Notes: generated by a model from the letters alone, not told the origin. A stretch of DNA of 47,449 nucleotides from Pseudomonadota bacterium (GCA_039815905.1 JBCBYJ010000001.1:1-47449), one strand, 5' to 3'; positions 19,558 through 30,271 are shown, counted from the stretch's first letter. A program made the numbers and translations.

Positions 19558-22500
19558 GCTGCCTCCAATGCGCACGCTTCAAATCGCTCCGTCACACGAT
19601 CGGCCCGGCGAAGCTCGGTTGATGCTTGTGCCTGCGCGCCCTCTTCGCCAGGCACTGCGCCAAGCGGATCCTCGGTTGGTCGGCCGCGCACCTCTAAGAA
19701 CTCGCGGTGGAGCTCGAACGCCTCATCAATTTGGCCCTCATTGAGCTCCGCGCCGGCGCGCTCGAGCCGCGCAGCAAAATCGGACTTGGACGGCTGATCA
19801 GCCGCGACCGTGCCGCCAGATTTTGAAAAGAGTGCAGACCGGCGCCCGCCGCGAACGTCTGCAGCGATATCGCGTATCGCAAGCATAGCGAGCTGGCGCA
19901 GCACCAACCGGTCATTTGCAAGCTTTGGGGCGAGCGAAGGAAAATGTTTGATGACCCAAGCTTTGACGGTGGCGATCGTCTTTTGAACGAGCGGCGCATC
20001 TGGCGCATGCTGAACCAAATGCGCGAGCAATTCATGGCGAAAATCATCGCCTGGAAGATCTGGCTGCGTGCGACGCAGGACTGCCTCGGCGCGTAGCGTC
20101 GCGGGATCTGATTTGGCGAGCAATCCGTCGACCGACTTTAGGATCGCTTCGAAACCCTTCTCATCAAAGATCCGCGAGATGCCGGCATGAACGCCGAGCT
20201 CGTGCAAGAGATAACCGCCCATCGCGTCTGGCGCGGCAACATCGCGAAAGATCACGACTTGGCCCGACTCCAGCGTCACGGCATGGGCATCATCATGCTG
20301 GGCCCAATCTTTTCGAATGTCGCTCGCTTTGCTCTCGAAACGGATCCGGCCGGCCCGCTCGAGCACATCAAAATCCTTCCCGATCGCGGCGCGGCCGGCC
20401 TCACGAAATGACGCCTCGAGACCAAGCCGATCATTGAGCGCGGAAAGATCACCAATGTCGGTGAGCTCGTGATTGCTTGCCGGCGGTGAGGTGTGCCCAT
20501 TGTCATCAAGTACGGCCCTGCGATCGACCAGATTGGGCCGAGGCGGCACTTCAAAGGGTTTGTCACGAAAGAGCGAATACAAGCGCCCATCATTTCGCGT
20601 TGGATGGCGAGCGCCCTCGCCAGGCGTGAACACAAATATCGATGTCCCACGATCGAATTCGGCAAGTGGGCGAGATGAGCCCGCCCCTTCGAGCGCGAGC
20701 CGATGCGCTTCGCTCGCTTCATTGAGCTCGGTCTGGGCAGCTTTGTAGGCCTCCCCCACTTCCAAGCTGCGCCGTCGTCCTGCCGGCAGCCCAACATCTG
20801 GCGCGGTCTCGGTCTTGGCCCAGTTATAGTCTGCAACCCTGTGATTGAAACTTGCAATCGCGAGGCGGCGAAATCCTTGCGCATCCAATTGCTGCCTTAA
20901 GGGCTGCGCGCCGACGGGGCGAAATTCAAACCCGTGGATGCCGGCGCGCTGCAAAACAGTGTTGTTGCGATAAAACGTGTCCCAATCATCCCAGTGCTCT
21001 CGGTGAAAGGCCTGGCGCAAAATATACCGAACGAGGACCGACGCGTTCGCATCTTCAATACTTGTGCTTGACCGCTTCGCGATATTCTTAACCACATCTC
21101 GCAACACTTCATCCTCAGAGATGTCGCGGTCAAAGTGGCGTTTGAACCAATCACTGAGCCTCTCCCATGCGCGATCGAACCCGCCTTCATAAATGCCGCT
21201 TCCAATCATATCCATGATCTCGCCTGGATAGTATCGCTCCTGGCGCCAAAACTGATCAAACTCAGGATTGAGGTGATCGGTCTGTGTATGAAAAGGGACA
21301 CCGTCAAGTGTGTGCACAAAAACGCGCTCAAACTCCGGATCCTCGTGGCGATACTCATCTAGCAAGGCCCGCAATTTCTTTTGGACTTCAGGATGCTGGT
21401 CTTTCAGCGGGACATCCCAATTAGCAAGCGTCTCATCGCTGACGTCCGGCAAGTTTGTCGAGTTGCGCCTTTTTTTTGTTGCGAGCTCATGGCGCGACAA
21501 AAAAGTCTGGCCATAAAGCTGAACATAATGGCTCGCGCCGAGATTGTGGTTTGACGTCAGATCATAGTCATAGCGGTTGTGCTTCTCGCTATACTCAAAC
21601 CCAATCGCATCATTGCGCATAGGGTTTGAGTGCGACTCACGCCTAGGCTCTTCTGGGATCGACGTATCGCGCAGCAGCGTCTCAATGCGCATTGGCTCTG
21701 TGTTGAGTGTGCCCTCCTTCTGATATTTCGGCGCGTTGCCTCGCTCGGAGACACCGCCGAAAAACCAATCCACCGCCTCCTGTTCGGTCCACCATGGTGG
21801 TACCGCCGCGCGCTCTTCATCATTCCAAAGCGCCCGATATTCAGCATTGATCGCTCTGCGCTCACCCGGCCTCGACAAGTAGGGCTGCGAGCGCCGTGTT
21901 TGGTATCGAAACCCCTCAATGTGATCGATCGCATGCTGTAATTCATGAATCGCCGTCGATGAGGCGAGCCCTTCCGATCGCGCCGCGATCCGGATCCCGA
22001 CGGAGCGTTCTGCCGTCGCTCCAAACAAACGGCCGATAAATGAGGGTTTGGCCTCTCTCAGCCCCTGAGAGCGAAACCAGCCGAGTGCGCCCTCTCGCTG
22101 CGCGGCTTTACCGTCTTTGCCTTGGCGGGCATCAACAATGACGCTGCGAAGCTGCGGGTATTGTTCAAAGAGATCAGGCATTCTCAGAATCTCGTCTGCC
22201 CGCCCGATCGCCCGCGACGTGATCAGATCATAACCCCAGCTGGTATTGAGCTCGACGACCCAGTCTCCGCCACGATCGCGATACCAGCCTTGCCCGAAAC
22301 GCTCCCAAGTTTGCCGCCATATCTCTTCCGGCTCGGCGCCTTTCCGGCGCGCCGATTTCGCATAGGCGAGCGCTTCAGGTTTTGCTGAGAGCGCCTTTGG
22401 CCCCGCAAAAGTGAAAAGACCCTCTTCCGCCGGCACCGTCGTGATCACCTTCGCAGCCGGCTCCCCGAATCTACTGGCAGCTTCATCATAGATTTGCGCG

Positions 22501-24308
22501 ACATCACGCCCGCCCACAATCGCATCGATCTCAGCTGCTTCGCGGATCGCCTCACGGGGGCCCGGAACCGGTTCAGGTTGAACATCTGCCTGGGGGCGCT
22601 CGCGAATCTCATCTTGCCAGGCGCGCCATTCTTCTCCCTCACCGATCCGGAACGTAGCTTCTCCGCCTTGAACCTCGTCCCCCAATGCGCGGACAAAATC
22701 GTCATCATCGACGACGTCAAAGCCGGCCTCCTGAGCTCGCCGCGTCAGCTCATCGATGGTCACACCAGATTGGTTGTTAAGAAGGCCCGGCCGCTTTCTG
22801 ACGTCACCGAGCCATTGCTGGATCGTTCCGCGCCGATAGCCTGATCCATCATCGCCAAAGCTTTCACGCACCCCGCCTTGTTCTCGCACAAATCCAAAAA
22901 GGCTTTGCGGCCGCGCCGGCGGCCGCCCCGACCAGCCAACCGATAAGCCAGGATCACCGCCGGCATTAAACTCGAGCGACTGGGAGAGGACCGCATCGAA
23001 CTCGAGCTCGGACTCGGGCCTTGCCGCGATAACATCTTCCGCAATGCTGGCGTGGAGTGCGGGATCCTCAACGCGCTCTGCGATCCGCGCGCCATAGAGA
23101 TTTGAAAGCTCGCCGCTCTGCACGCGCAAATAGGCCTCATCTGAGAGATTTGTGAGCGCGCGAGCCGCTCTGCCGGCATTCGTGTTGGCAAGTTCATCAC
23201 CCAATAGCGGCGCAAGCTCCGGGCGGTCTGGGCGCTCGACAATGCGAGATGGCGCCGGCGCAGGTTCCGGCAAATTGCGCTGTACAGCGATTTCAGCGCC
23301 GCTGAGCGCGTTTTCATGGGCTCGGCCTGTAATCCCGTCTGGCGACCTTTCCTGCGCGCTGACGGCGCCCTCTTCGCGAGAAAGCGCGGCCCTCGCCTCA
23401 GGCGGCAGGTCGGTTTCAAGCTTTTTGGCCGCTTCGATGACATCTTTGCGTTTGCCAGAGAGAACTTGGCGGAGCGTGTGATCTTCGGGCAAAGCCTCGA
23501 GTCGCTGTTTCGCTTCGCGATACTCCGGGGATCCAACCACGCCGCGATAGAGCGCGGAGGCACCGCCCTCAAATGCCCCGCCTAGGAGCGCAGCAAAGAC
23601 GACATTCGTCGCGCCCTGGCTGAGCGTGTATTCGAGACCGAGCTCATCATGCCAGGTTTTGATCGTAGGTTGCAGCGCGGTCTCAATACCGGCGCTGACG
23701 ATCGCGCCTTTGAGCGCCGCGCTGAGAATCGTTCGGCTGGCACCAACCGGCGTCAGACCAGCAGCAATTTGCGCCGGATCCGTTATGGCCGCGCCGAGCC
23801 CGCCGACCAGTGCGCCGGCAGCGGCATCGAGGCCGCTCGATCGGGCCCGCACATCCACCAGGTTTTTTTGGCGCTCATCAACGATCGCGCGGATCTCCGC
23901 ATCCAAATTGAGATCTTGCAGACGCTCATCGAACGGGGTGCCTTGTTCGCGCTGACCTTGCTGCAGCTTCCAATATTGCAGTCGAAAATCGCGCTCTGCC
24001 TTTCGGATGGCGAGGCGGCGCGGATTATCGGGGCTCCGCAGCGATGGCCCAAGCGAGTCGATGTAGCGCTCTTTGAAGCTCAGTCGGTAGGGGTTTTGAA
24101 GATCAACCCCTGTTGCCTCTTTTGCGCGATCGACAATCCGGTCATAGGCGAGCTCATGGGCGACCTGCTCAGAGTTGAAATTATAGAGGACCCGGCCCTC
24201 TTCAAACGCAGCGCCGGTCACATCTCCAAAATCGGTAAGCGGCCCGCTGGCAAGAGAAGGCTCATCCGGCCGGCCGGCCTGGCTGCGGTCTGTAAAAAAC
24301 AAACTCAA
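19554..24308 (-). CDS. Large internal virion polyvalent protein (LPD23-like region, two zincin-like metal-binding motifs)
   Basis: 1584 aa; Gly/Ala hydrophobic N-terminal segments; EEIWRQT..GWYR..DWVVEL; HELQH; HELGVH...HELLAH. Confidence 0.75.
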   Translation of the reverse strand: MSLFFTDRSQAGRPDEPSLASGPLTDFGDVTGAAFEEGRVLYNFNSEQVAHELAYDRIVDRAKEATGVDLQNPYRLSFKERYIDSLGPSLRSPDNPRRLAIRKAERDFRLQYWKLQQGQREQGTPFDERLQDLNLDAEIRAIVDERQKNLVDVRARSSGLDAAAGALVGGLGAAITDPAQIAAGLTPVGASRTILSAALKGAIVSAGIETALQPTIKTWHDELGLEYTLSQGATNVVFAALLGGAFEGGASALYRGVVGSPEYREAKQRLEALPEDHTLRQVLSGKRKDVIEAAKKLETDLPPEARAALSREEGAVSAQERSPDGITGRAHENALSGAEIAVQRNLPEPAPAPSRIVERPDRPELAPLLGDELANTNAGRAARALTNLSDEAYLRVQSGELSNLYGARIAERVEDPALHASIAEDVIAARPESELEFDAVLSQSLEFNAGGDPGLSVGWSGRPPARPQSLFGFVREQGGVRESFGDDGSGYRRGTIQQWLGDVRKRPGLLNNQSGVTIDELTRRAQEAGFDVVDDDDFVRALGDEVQGGEATFRIGEGEEWRAWQDEIRERPQADVQPEPVPGPREAIREAAEIDAIVGGRDVAQIYDEAASRFGEPAAKVITTVPAEEGLFTFAGPKALSAKPEALAYAKSARRKGAEPEEIWRQTWERFGQGWYRDRGGDWVVELNTSWGYDLITSRAIGRADEILRMPDLFEQYPQLRSVIVDARQGKDGKAAQREGALGWFRSQGLREAKPSFIGRLFGATAERSVGIRIAARSEGLASSTAIHELQHAIDHIEGFRYQTRRSQPYLSRPGERRAINAEYRALWNDEERAAVPPWWTEQEAVDWFFGGVSERGNAPKYQKEGTLNTEPMRIETLLRDTSIPEEPRRESHSNPMRNDAIGFEYSEKHNRYDYDLTSNHNLGASHYVQLYGQTFLSRHELATKKRRNSTNLPDVSDETLANWDVPLKDQHPEVQKKLRALLDEYRHEDPEFERVFVHTLDGVPFHTQTDHLNPEFDQFWRQERYYPGEIMDMIGSGIYEGGFDRAWERLSDWFKRHFDRDISEDEVLRDVVKNIAKRSSTSIEDANASVLVRYILRQAFHREHWDDWDTFYRNNTVLQRAGIHGFEFRPVGAQPLRQQLDAQGFRRLAIASFNHRVADYNWAKTETAPDVGLPAGRRRSLEVGEAYKAAQTELNEASEAHRLALEGAGSSRPLAEFDRGTSIFVFTPGEGARHPTRNDGRLYSLFRDKPFEVPPRPNLVDRRAVLDDNGHTSPPASNHELTDIGDLSALNDRLGLEASFREAGRAAIGKDFDVLERAGRIRFESKASDIRKDWAQHDDAHAVTLESGQVVIFRDVAAPDAMGGYLLHELGVHAGISRIFDEKGFEAILKSVDGLLAKSDPATLRAEAVLRRTQPDLPGDDFRHELLAHLVQHAPDAPLVQKTIATVKAWVIKHFPSLAPKLANDRLVLRQLAMLAIRDIAADVRGGRRSALFSKSGGTVAADQPSKSDFAARLERAGAELNEGQIDEAFELHREFLEVRGRPTEDPLGAVPGEEGAQAQASTELRRADRVTERFEACALEAA

Positions 24309-26533
24309 GGCAGAACCGCCTCCGGCATGCGCTCAGACACCCGGTCGCGCAGCCGATTGAGATCGAGCTCATAGAGGCCATCTGCCCCGCCGCCGGATAA
24401 AAATTGCGGATCCGCAGATGTTGGATCTTTCAGAGACAGATTGTAGACGCCGGGCCGCACGGTTGACCAATACGCCCCTTGCAAGGCTTCGAGCTCGACG
24501 TCGCTGCCATCGGAGTAAAAAGGCTGGCCGCTTTCAAGATAATCATCGAGCTCGAGCGATTTCGCGATCGATGTTGCCTCGCGGGCGCGCACCCAGCTCG
24601 GCAAGATGACGCGGGACGTCTCCAGCCCGTCCCACCAGCCATCTCCGATCTGGGCAATGCCGCCAAATTGTTCGCCTTGAAGATAGACCGCGCCCATCGA
24701 TTCGTTCAACGCGCGCTGATAAAGCTCATCATCCCAATCAGCATTAAGGCCCTGATAGCCGACATAGATCGCGCTCGCGGTGCGCTCGACATCCCGCCGG
24801 GCCCGGCCGTCATAGGCTAAGACTGGCGAGAGCATTTCGCGGGCAAGGTCGCGAGCATCCGTCCCGAGCCCGCTGGCGACGCCCTCTTTTTGCGCAAGCA
24901 AAGCCTGGCCCCGTGCGGCCGCATCGATCGCATCGCGTGACCCGCCGAAATGGGCCAGTCCGCCAAGATGGGCCAAGAGCCCAGCCTGATCTGAAATGCG
25001 CGCAAGCGCGTCCGGCGCTTCCGCCCCGAACTCTGAGGCAATTGTCGTTGCCAATGTGACAAGCTCAGCTCCTCCTGCATCTTCGATTTGTTTGAACTGG
25101 CGTGCCTCATCTGCAGTGAAGAGCGCGCCTTTGACCCCATAAGTTTGCTCGATGATTTTCGCCGCGCCCGATCGCCCGCGCACAGAAAGCTCCAGCGCGT
25201 CGCCCTCATAGAGCGGGATCGCCGGCACGACGCCGGCCTGAATCGCAAAGGAAAGCGGATCCCGGCCGAGCGCGGTCACCATGCCCGAATGCACATTTTC
25301 AAGAAGGTTGATCTCGGCCGCCTCTTGCGGCGACACGCCATCGGCGCCCGCCACACGCCGGCGATTAATTTCAGCTGAAAGCTCAATCGGTGAGAGCTTC
25401 GCGGCCGCGCCGGCTACGGAAGTCATGCGCTCCAGATTTGCCACCTCACCGAGAAGATCTGCAGAGCCGAGGGTCCGCGCCTGTTGCCGGAACCCATCGA
25501 TCACCGCTGCCGGTGGCAAGAACCCGTCGCCGGCAAACGAGCGATAGGCGCCAAGCTGCGACCGAACGTCTGAGATTTGGCGGCGAATATCGGCCTCGGC
25601 CGCGCGCGCGGCCGCCTCAGCTTGGCGGATGTCGGTCTCCATTTCGCGATCGAGACGCTCAAACTGATCAAGCGTCATCAGTGCCGGAACATCATCGCCG
25701 GCCGCATAATCGGCTCGAAACTCTTCCAAAAATGCACGCTGGGCCGGAAGACCGCCAAGTCTCGAAAACGCGCCCTTGATCCGGTTGCCCGCCACCATGT
25801 CGGCCGCTTTTTCCATCGTCGCTTGAACAAAAGGAAGATCGACGAGCTCGAGGCGATCCGGATCTGCGCCATAGGTTTCGCCTTGAAACTCAAATTCGCC
25901 GCGCGGTCCATAGTGTAAGAGCTGGGCTTGAAGTTGGGCAAGCTCATCGGTCAGAACCTGATCGGCGCGATCGTCCAGCCCCAGCTGATAGGCCATGCGG
26001 CCGAGATCCACTTCTGTGCGCGACAGGACAGAATCGAGCTCGGCTTGCGTCTCTTCCGTATCGCGCGCCTTTTGGATCCGCGCGAGCTCGCGGTCATAAC
26101 CAAATTTGACCCGCTCAAAACTCGCCTCCAGATCAGGCCGGATCTCCGGCGCGCTGAGTGCCAAAGTCTCGATACGCTTTGCGCGGATGTCTTCAGCCTG
26201 CTGGGCAAAGAGCTGAGCATCCCCGCCCGCCTCATCGAATGCGCCGGCAAGCTCGCCGCGAATAGCCCCTTCTGTGGCAATCGTGGCGGCCCGAAGGCCG
26301 GCCCGGTCGTAAGACCGGCCGCGAATCGTATTCTCACGCTTTGGCCGAAACTCCGGATCAAACCCGTCTCTTGCGCCAGCCTCTGCGCCCTCGGCAGCCG
26401 CCGCGCGGTCCGCCATTTGGCCAACGCGCTCACCAAGACCTGAGAGCGCGCGCGCCGCGACATTGTAGGGCTCGTCAGTCGCAGCTGGCGCGGCCCGCTC
26501 GAGGCTGCGAGATACGCGTCGCTGGCGCGTCAT
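24305..26533 (-). CDS. Internal virion protein
   Basis: 742-aa helical Ala-rich protein between nozzle and large internal proteins; coupled by overlapping stop/start. Confidence 0.72.
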   Translation of the reverse strand: MTRQRRVSRSLERAAPAATDEPYNVAARALSGLGERVGQMADRAAAAEGAEAGARDGFDPEFRPKRENTIRGRSYDRAGLRAATIATEGAIRGELAGAFDEAGGDAQLFAQQAEDIRAKRIETLALSAPEIRPDLEASFERVKFGYDRELARIQKARDTEETQAELDSVLSRTEVDLGRMAYQLGLDDRADQVLTDELAQLQAQLLHYGPRGEFEFQGETYGADPDRLELVDLPFVQATMEKAADMVAGNRIKGAFSRLGGLPAQRAFLEEFRADYAAGDDVPALMTLDQFERLDREMETDIRQAEAAARAAEADIRRQISDVRSQLGAYRSFAGDGFLPPAAVIDGFRQQARTLGSADLLGEVANLERMTSVAGAAAKLSPIELSAEINRRRVAGADGVSPQEAAEINLLENVHSGMVTALGRDPLSFAIQAGVVPAIPLYEGDALELSVRGRSGAAKIIEQTYGVKGALFTADEARQFKQIEDAGGAELVTLATTIASEFGAEAPDALARISDQAGLLAHLGGLAHFGGSRDAIDAAARGQALLAQKEGVASGLGTDARDLAREMLSPVLAYDGRARRDVERTASAIYVGYQGLNADWDDELYQRALNESMGAVYLQGEQFGGIAQIGDGWWDGLETSRVILPSWVRAREATSIAKSLELDDYLESGQPFYSDGSDVELEALQGAYWSTVRPGVYNLSLKDPTSADPQFLSGGGADGLYELDLNRLRDRVSERMPEAVLP

Positions 26534-27081
26534 CAGCCGCGCTCCATGAGGTCAGCAGCGCCCTCTGCGAGTTTCGCGCTGGCACCGATGAGCCCGCTGG
26601 TCCGGCTCGCGCGGGCCCGCTTCATCAAATTGCGCGCGCTGCGCCGCCGCGTCAAATAGCTTGCAAGCGCATCGCCCTGCGTGACCTGCAAATCGCGCTC
26701 GAGATCGCGGTCCTGGCGCATGAGCTGGGAGCGCGCAGAGCCCGTGTCCGGATCCACACCGGCCGCAGAGTAAGCAACGCGCCGGCGCGCCATGTCGCCG
26801 ATCGCTCTGTCGAGGATCTCATTGCCTTCTTGGACGCCTTGGATTTGCGCTTGGGTCGCCGAGGCCCGCGCCTCGAGCGCGGCTTCTTGCTCAGCATTTG
26901 CCCGCGCATTGGCGCCAGCGAGCGTCGACAATGCCGAAAGGGCGCTCGCGCCGGCCGACACCTTGCCGGCACTGATCCCGCCAAGAATGCCTTTGCCCGC
27001 ACCGACGGCCGCGCCGATGCCAGCTTTTGCCGCGCTCGCGCCGGCAAAGAGTTTTGTGCCAACCGCCATTGCCAATTGCAT
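26533..27081 (-). CDS. Small internal virion protein (T7 gp14-like position)
   Basis: Gly/Ala-rich hydrophobic N-terminus, AYSAAGVD motif. Confidence 0.7.
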   Translation of the reverse strand: MQLAMAVGTKLFAGASAAKAGIGAAVGAGKGILGGISAGKVSAGASALSALSTLAGANARANAEQEAALEARASATQAQIQGVQEGNEILDRAIGDMARRRVAYSAAGVDPDTGSARSQLMRQDRDLERDLQVTQGDALASYLTRRRSARNLMKRARASRTSGLIGASAKLAEGAADLMERG

Positions 27082-29309
27082 CAGATTTGCACCCCTATTT
27101 TAAGACCGGTGATGTGGAGGGGGCCCGGCCCGTTGCGTTTGATCTTTATTGGCGTGCGCCGGGCCCATCCCTTAAAGCCTTCGATACGCGCCGGGCCGCT
27201 ATAGAGCGGCTCTGTAAGCGGGCCTCTATCGAATTTCGAGGCGAGCTTCCGGCGATCGAGGAAGGGATAGGTTTTGCCGAGATACTCAGCTGCCGGCAGC
27301 AAGGACTCTGTGACCGTCACCACCGCGTCAACGATGCGCTTGCGCTTGTCGATGATGGATCCCCCACCGATCTCAAAGCGCGGATCCATCGACTCGACAT
27401 ACGCCTCAAAATAAAGGCCGACCTCGAGCGTGCCAGTGACGGCATCGGGCAGTGTGACGGCGCCGCTTGATACGGTCAGCGGGCCCCACCATTGACCAAG
27501 ACCCACGGCGTAAACCTGACTGCCCTCAAGGTGATCGAGGCCAGAAATCGCCGCGCTATTGTCGAGTGTCACGAAGATTGAACAATCAAGTAAGCGGCTT
27601 GGATCCACGCGCTCAATATAATTGGCTGCAGCGCCGTTGATTTGCCGCTCGGTCAGAAAATAAACTTGCGCGAGGCTGTCGGCGCCGGCGGCGATGATGC
27701 CGCCATCGATCGACCAGCGAGACCAAGCCGCGATATCCTGTTCTTTAAGGCTGGTATAGACCGAAAGCCGGCCGTCACGGTTCACCAGCGCCAGCATCTC
27801 ATCTTCATCATCGATGCCGGTGTCGCGAGAAAACATGGCGGTCGGCCGATCAACGAGCTCTGGGGCGCGGACGGCCGCGCTGCTTGGCTCATAGCGCTTG
27901 GTGTCGCCATTATAGCGCAGCGCGCGAAGGCCTTTTCCGCCTTTTTGGACGTAGACAACCTCGCCGTCGATCGAGGCCGGCGGGATGTTGATTTGGATCC
28001 CAATGTCGCCGGCCTTGCGCCAGGCAAGCGCTTCTGCGGCCGAGACCGCCTCAGTCGTGAGATAATGAGCGCCTTTGGCGGTGAATGCGACCAGCGTATC
28101 CCCCTCAAAGATTCGCCGGATCCCGTTGGCATCGCCGGTTTTGATCGAGAACTCGATCGCGTCAGTGGCGCGCAAATTCGTCTCTTCAAACTCGAAATAC
28201 TGACCCAGCTTCGAGACGATCCCCGTTGCCGGTAGATCACGAAGGCCGAGCATCCAAAGCCGGTCATCTGAGAAAATCCCGCAGCGCGGCCAGCCGCGCG
28301 TCGACGACATAATATCTTCCCCGCCGGGCTCGCCTTGAGTAAGCGTTGCAGACGCGATTGCGCCATTGGTTGAGTTGATCACGCTCGGCGCGAGCTCTGG
28401 CCAGTTTGTGTCGGCCGCCTCGCCGCCAAACGTGATGCGAAACGTGTCGGTCGCCGTCGACGTGACCGTGATCGTCGCGCCTGACATCACCGGCAGCGCC
28501 TCTAGGGCAGATTTGATTGAGGCCGCGAGCGTTGCTTCTGTTGAGCTAAAAACAATGGATCCGGTCGTGTCGCCATCGAGCGTGATATTGAACGTGTCAC
28601 CATCCGCGCAGTTGAAAAATTCAAGCTGCTGAACCTCATCTACCCCATTGGTATAAACTGTGCCGTCGAACTCAGCTTGCCGCATCGTCTCAAAGCTTTG
28701 CTCGCGCGTGTCCCAATCGGCATCCGTGCCGAGCCGGAACACACGAAACGGCGCAAATTCCTCATGGAAGATCAGCATTGTGTCGAGCTCTTGCGCAAAA
28801 TCGAGCCGTGCAATCGTGCCTTCCGTGTACGGCAAAGAGAGGCTCGCGCGGCGCGCATCGCCCTCATAGACCTCGCCATTATAGGCTGAGACGACCACCA
28901 CATAGGTTGCGTCATCGTCAAAGGTGAAGGGCTCGATGCGCGCCCCTCCAGTCTCGCCTTCGCAAAGGACTTTGAGCGCAGATATCGAGAGCGATCGCCC
29001 CGAGCTTGCGCTCGGATCGACCTGCCGGATCCGAACGTACCGCGCGGAGACTTGGCTACCAGGCGCGGTGACGACACGCAGCGTTTGCACTTGAGCGCCG
29101 AGGCGCACCGATCCAAAGCTTGTCCAGGCGCTCCCATCGGCTGAGTGTTCGACCGCCAGCGCGTCAGCGAGATCTCCGCCGGAGAGATTCACGTCAATGA
29201 GATCTACGCCGATGATCGACGTGCTCGATCCCATATCGACGCGCGCAAGCTCGCCGTCGCCTGAGCCTGGCAGCGATCCCCAAGAGAGCGATTCAAATTG
29301 ATCGGACAC
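27081..29309 (-). CDS. Tail tubular protein B / nozzle, main part, with N-terminal discoidin-like domain
   Basis: Beta-propeller-type motifs (DFAQELDTMLIFH, GWPRCGIF..DRLW, VVYVQKGG, AWSRW); SADGSAWT...ARYVRI discoidin signature. Confidence 0.82.
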   Translation of the reverse strand: MSDQFESLSWGSLPGSGDGELARVDMGSSTSIIGVDLIDVNLSGGDLADALAVEHSADGSAWTSFGSVRLGAQVQTLRVVTAPGSQVSARYVRIRQVDPSASSGRSLSISALKVLCEGETGGARIEPFTFDDDATYVVVVSAYNGEVYEGDARRASLSLPYTEGTIARLDFAQELDTMLIFHEEFAPFRVFRLGTDADWDTREQSFETMRQAEFDGTVYTNGVDEVQQLEFFNCADGDTFNITLDGDTTGSIVFSSTEATLAASIKSALEALPVMSGATITVTSTATDTFRITFGGEAADTNWPELAPSVINSTNGAIASATLTQGEPGGEDIMSSTRGWPRCGIFSDDRLWMLGLRDLPATGIVSKLGQYFEFEETNLRATDAIEFSIKTGDANGIRRIFEGDTLVAFTAKGAHYLTTEAVSAAEALAWRKAGDIGIQINIPPASIDGEVVYVQKGGKGLRALRYNGDTKRYEPSSAAVRAPELVDRPTAMFSRDTGIDDEDEMLALVNRDGRLSVYTSLKEQDIAAWSRWSIDGGIIAAGADSLAQVYFLTERQINGAAANYIERVDPSRLLDCSIFVTLDNSAAISGLDHLEGSQVYAVGLGQWWGPLTVSSGAVTLPDAVTGTLEVGLYFEAYVESMDPRFEIGGGSIIDKRKRIVDAVVTVTESLLPAAEYLGKTYPFLDRRKLASKFDRGPLTEPLYSGPARIEGFKGWARRTPIKIKRNGPGPLHITGLKIGVQI

Positions 29310-29312
29310 AGC

Positions 29313-29660
29313 CTAAAACCCGCCTTCAAAGTCAAAAGTCCCGTCGGTCCACCACCCAGAAAAATCAACATACGGAAAAGGATCGTCCGGCGGATCGGCC
29401 GGCGCGGTCCCGCCCGTCCCGCCGGTTCCAGAGGCAGAAAGCGTGAGCGTCGCAGACGTCAAATCAACCGCTTTCACTGCGCCGCGATGTTTCCCGCAAA
29501 AAGCTGTACCGCCGCGCAGTTTCAGACCGCCCTGCGGGCTCGGCGTCAAATTCACAATATCAGACGCCCCGTTGAAATAGGCTTCAAGATCCTCGCGGTC
29601 TTGAAGCCGGTCGCCGAGGATCCCGGCAGCAAAGCTCGTCTGAAAGGCCTCGACTTTCAC
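29313..29660 (-). CDS. N-terminal segment of tail tubular protein B encoded as a separate ORF
   Basis: QTSFAAGILG..R.DL..Y..GA....N..P.PQGGL..R.GT is the typical nozzle N-terminus; in frame with the next ORF across one TAG. Confidence 0.75.
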   Translation of the reverse strand: MKVEAFQTSFAAGILGDRLQDREDLEAYFNGASDIVNLTPSPQGGLKLRGGTAFCGKHRGAVKAVDLTSATLTLSASGTGGTGGTAPADPPDDPFPYVDFSGWWTDGTFDFEGGF

Positions 29661-30271
29661 TGCCGCGCCTCCATTAGCGGACCAGGCGCCACGCTGAGCT
29701 CAAACGATTCTTCATACTGGCTGTCGACCGCAAGGGCGGTGCCGCAAAGACCGCCCCAGGGCCGTGCGCTTTCATCGGGCCCGAAACACTCAGACATCAA
29801 GTCCCTGCGCAGCGTCCGGCTTCCCGTGTGCTGCATGCAAGATTGAGCTGCGAGATAAACTTCCGCGAGCTTCTTAAACGTATCCGGCCAGCGCGCCGGA
29901 TCCCCGTCTGAGGCGAACTCGCCATAAAGAACCTCAGCGTCAGCGTGCAGCTCATTGTTCAAGATCCGGAAGTCTCGGTAGGGCCGCTTGCACTCAAGAT
30001 CTTCATAGACCGCGCGCGGCCGCTTGCCGGTGGTCAGCTGATACGCATAATCGAACCCGGTCGTGGGCGCGGTTGAAAGCTGGCTGAGTTGAATGATTTC
30101 GCGGTCAAAGCTCCAGGTCCGAAGACCGAGCAAATACCCGATGGAAGAGCGATACCGCCGCTCGGCAACTTCTGTTCCAGGCTGGTCCTCCTCAGACGAT
30201 TCAATCGGCGATTGGCCAATTGAATCCATTGCCAGATTGTAGAGATCGACTTCGGCTTGATTGAGCGCCAT
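29657..30271 (-). CDS. Tail tubular protein A / adaptor
   Basis: NLAMDSIGQSPI, WSF, FDYAYQL, WPDTF motifs; position after capsid. Confidence 0.8.
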   Translation of the reverse strand: MALNQAEVDLYNLAMDSIGQSPIESSEEDQPGTEVAERRYRSSIGYLLGLRTWSFDREIIQLSQLSTAPTTGFDYAYQLTTGKRPRAVYEDLECKRPYRDFRILNNELHADAEVLYGEFASDGDPARWPDTFKKLAEVYLAAQSCMQHTGSRTLRRDLMSECFGPDESARPWGGLCGTALAVDSQYEESFELSVAPGPLMEARQ

